A stretch of DNA of 37,048 nt from a bacterium (GTDB lineage: Bacteria; Armatimonadota; HRBIN16): assembly GCA_025054895.1 (NCBI GenBank), contig JANWYZ010000001.1, positions 1 to 37,048 on the forward strand, written 5' to 3'. The notes beneath the pieces were generated by a model. The model saw nothing but the letters and a program-made list of their open reading frames with translations, made no database searches and had not been told where the DNA came from. Of the stretch, positions 35,798 through 37,048 are shown one piece after another. Every line of letters begins with the position of its first letter. Position 1 is the stretch's first letter. The position numbers and the translations under genes are program-made.

Positions 35798-36964
35798 TCA
35801 CGCACTCTGCACCTCAGGGTGCTTACTGAAGAACCGCTTCAGCGCGGGCCACACGTCCTCTTTGTTCGTAATACGCACGAGCACCACGCGCGGGTCGTCG
35901 GCGAAGCGTTCGTGCAACGCCTGTCCCAGCGGAGCGAAAGCATCGCTGTGCCCCCATAGTTCATCCGCGATTTCGCCGTAGCCAATAAGGTTACTGACAG
36001 ACGCCATCTGTTCCACCAGCTTCACCACCTCCTGGTCGCCCCAGTTGTAGCCGTCGGAGAACAGGAAGGGGTAAATGTTCCACTCGCGCGGGTTGTAGCG
36101 TTTATCGATAATGTCTATCGCGAGCCTGTACGCTTCCGACAGCTTGGTTCCGCCCGAGTCGCCTGCCGCGAAGAACTCGTGTTCGTCCACCTCTTTGGCG
36201 ATGGTGTGACAGGTGATGAACACAATCTCGGTGTTCGTGTACTTGGTGCGCAGAAAGCGCAGCATCCAGAAGTAGAATGAGCGGCAGATGTACGCCTCAA
36301 ACTCGCCCATACTGCCTGACACATCGCGCATGGCAAAGATGACCGCGTTGCGCTGAGGCTCAGGTACCACCTCCCAGGAGCGGAATCGGCGGTCATCGGC
36401 GTGTATCTTGAAACCGGGTTTACCCTCCTTCGCGCTGCGCTTGTACGCCTCTATCAATGTGCGCTTGCGGTCGATATTCGAGAGGGGTCCCTTTCGGGCG
36501 ATAGTGTTGAACTGTGTGGTGTCCGCCATCACCTGCTTGCTACCCTTCTCCTGCAGGTTGGGCAGATGCAGGTCTTCGAACACCAGCTCCATCAATTCCT
36601 CGATGGTAAACTCCGCTTCGTAGAAGTCCACCCCCGGTTCTGTGCCCGCCTGCTTGCCTGTGCCCTGTCCCTCGCCTTGCTGTCTGCCCAGTATGTCGCC
36701 GGGTTGGGTGCCGCCCGTTCCCTGCCCAACGCGCTTACCGGAGTTGGGGTCGAAGCGGATGCGCGGCAGCTCCAGCCCACGGATGGGGATTTTCACGATC
36801 TTGCCGTCGTGCGCGGTGATAATGTCCTGCTGACTGATAATCTCGCCCAGGTTTTGCTTGATGACCTCTTTCACCTTTTCGTTATGGCGCTGGCGGTCAC
36901 GCTCCGCCCGATGGTGCAGGTCCCACGGGTCCTGCGAGAGTATGAACGGTGGATGATGCCACAT
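35798..36964 (-). CDS. yeaH: DUF444 / UPF0229 family protein (YeaH/YhbH-like, vWA-type C-terminus)
   Basis: ATG 36964 with GAGGTGA about 6 nt upstream; the ORF-track GTG is at 36973. ERDRQRHNEKVKEVIKQNLGEII...GKIVKIPIRGLELPRIRFD and the later DVSGSMGE...SDGYNWG match the YeaH/YhbH family that normally sits between prkA and spoVR. Confidence 0.88.
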   Translation of the reverse strand: MWHHPPFILSQDPWDLHHRAERDRQRHNEKVKEVIKQNLGEIISQQDIITAHDGKIVKIPIRGLELPRIRFDPNSGKRVGQGTGGTQPGDILGRQQGEGQGTGKQAGTEPGVDFYEAEFTIEELMELVFEDLHLPNLQEKGSKQVMADTTQFNTIARKGPLSNIDRKRTLIEAYKRSAKEGKPGFKIHADDRRFRSWEVVPEPQRNAVIFAMRDVSGSMGEFEAYICRSFYFWMLRFLRTKYTNTEIVFITCHTIAKEVDEHEFFAAGDSGGTKLSEAYRLAIDIIDKRYNPREWNIYPFLFSDGYNWGDQEVVKLVEQMASVSNLIGYGEIADELWGHSDAFAPLGQALHERFADDPRVVLVRITNKEDVWPALKRFFSKHPEVQSA

Positions 36965-36997
36965 CGTTTTCACCTCTTCTCTTTGACCTACCCCCTG

Positions 36998-37048
36998 CCC
37001 CCTCCCTACAAGGGAGGGGGAAAGCGGCTCCCCTCTCCTCGCAGGAGA
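36998..37048. repeat. G/C-homopolymer-rich palindromic hairpins (second one truncated by the window end)
   Basis: Perfect 10-bp stem CCCCCTCCCT-ACA-AGGGAGGGGG (36998-37020). Then TCTCCT-CGC-AGGAGA (37034-37048), running off the window. Confidence 0.6.

Overview
GC-rich, densely packed bacterial chromosomal window with about 30 protein genes. I recognised no rRNA, tRNA, CRISPR array, transposase or integrase. Gene content includes kdsB (so probably an LPS-bearing diderm), gatB, several very large glycosidases, ThuA, Gfo/Idh/MocA and xylose-isomerase-like TIM-barrel genes, and yeaH/spoVR. This fits a glycan-degrading Armatimonadota- or Planctomycetota-like organism, but the taxon is only a guess. 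Housekeeping genes are gatB, accD-accA, pheA, a cold-shock gene, purC-kdsB-nnr, argB and rex-ogg. They are interleaved with three carbohydrate loci: 1676-6665, 17373-21073 and 24047-28429. Points worth a second look: (1) gatB is intact except for one in-frame TAG at a conserved Lys position. (2) Two paralogous membrane-anchored zinc-ribbon/FHA proteins sit in tandem at the end of the purC-kdsB-nnr gene string, with no kinase or phosphatase in view. (3) An MNT/HEPN toxin-antitoxin pair lies between the DUF444 (yeaH-like) and spoVR genes, with overlapping reading frames. (4) A TIM-barrel / 14-TM membrane protein / Gfo-Idh-MocA trio, together with a ThuA-glycosidase pair, suggests an oxidative (3-keto) glycoside pathway with an uncharacterised membrane component. 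(5) A multi-copy composite palindromic repeat family occupies at least four intergenic sites. (6) A near-consensus promoter is followed almost immediately by a terminator-like hairpin ahead of a small ORF. Functional calls come from motif-level reading of the translations only. No database search was run.
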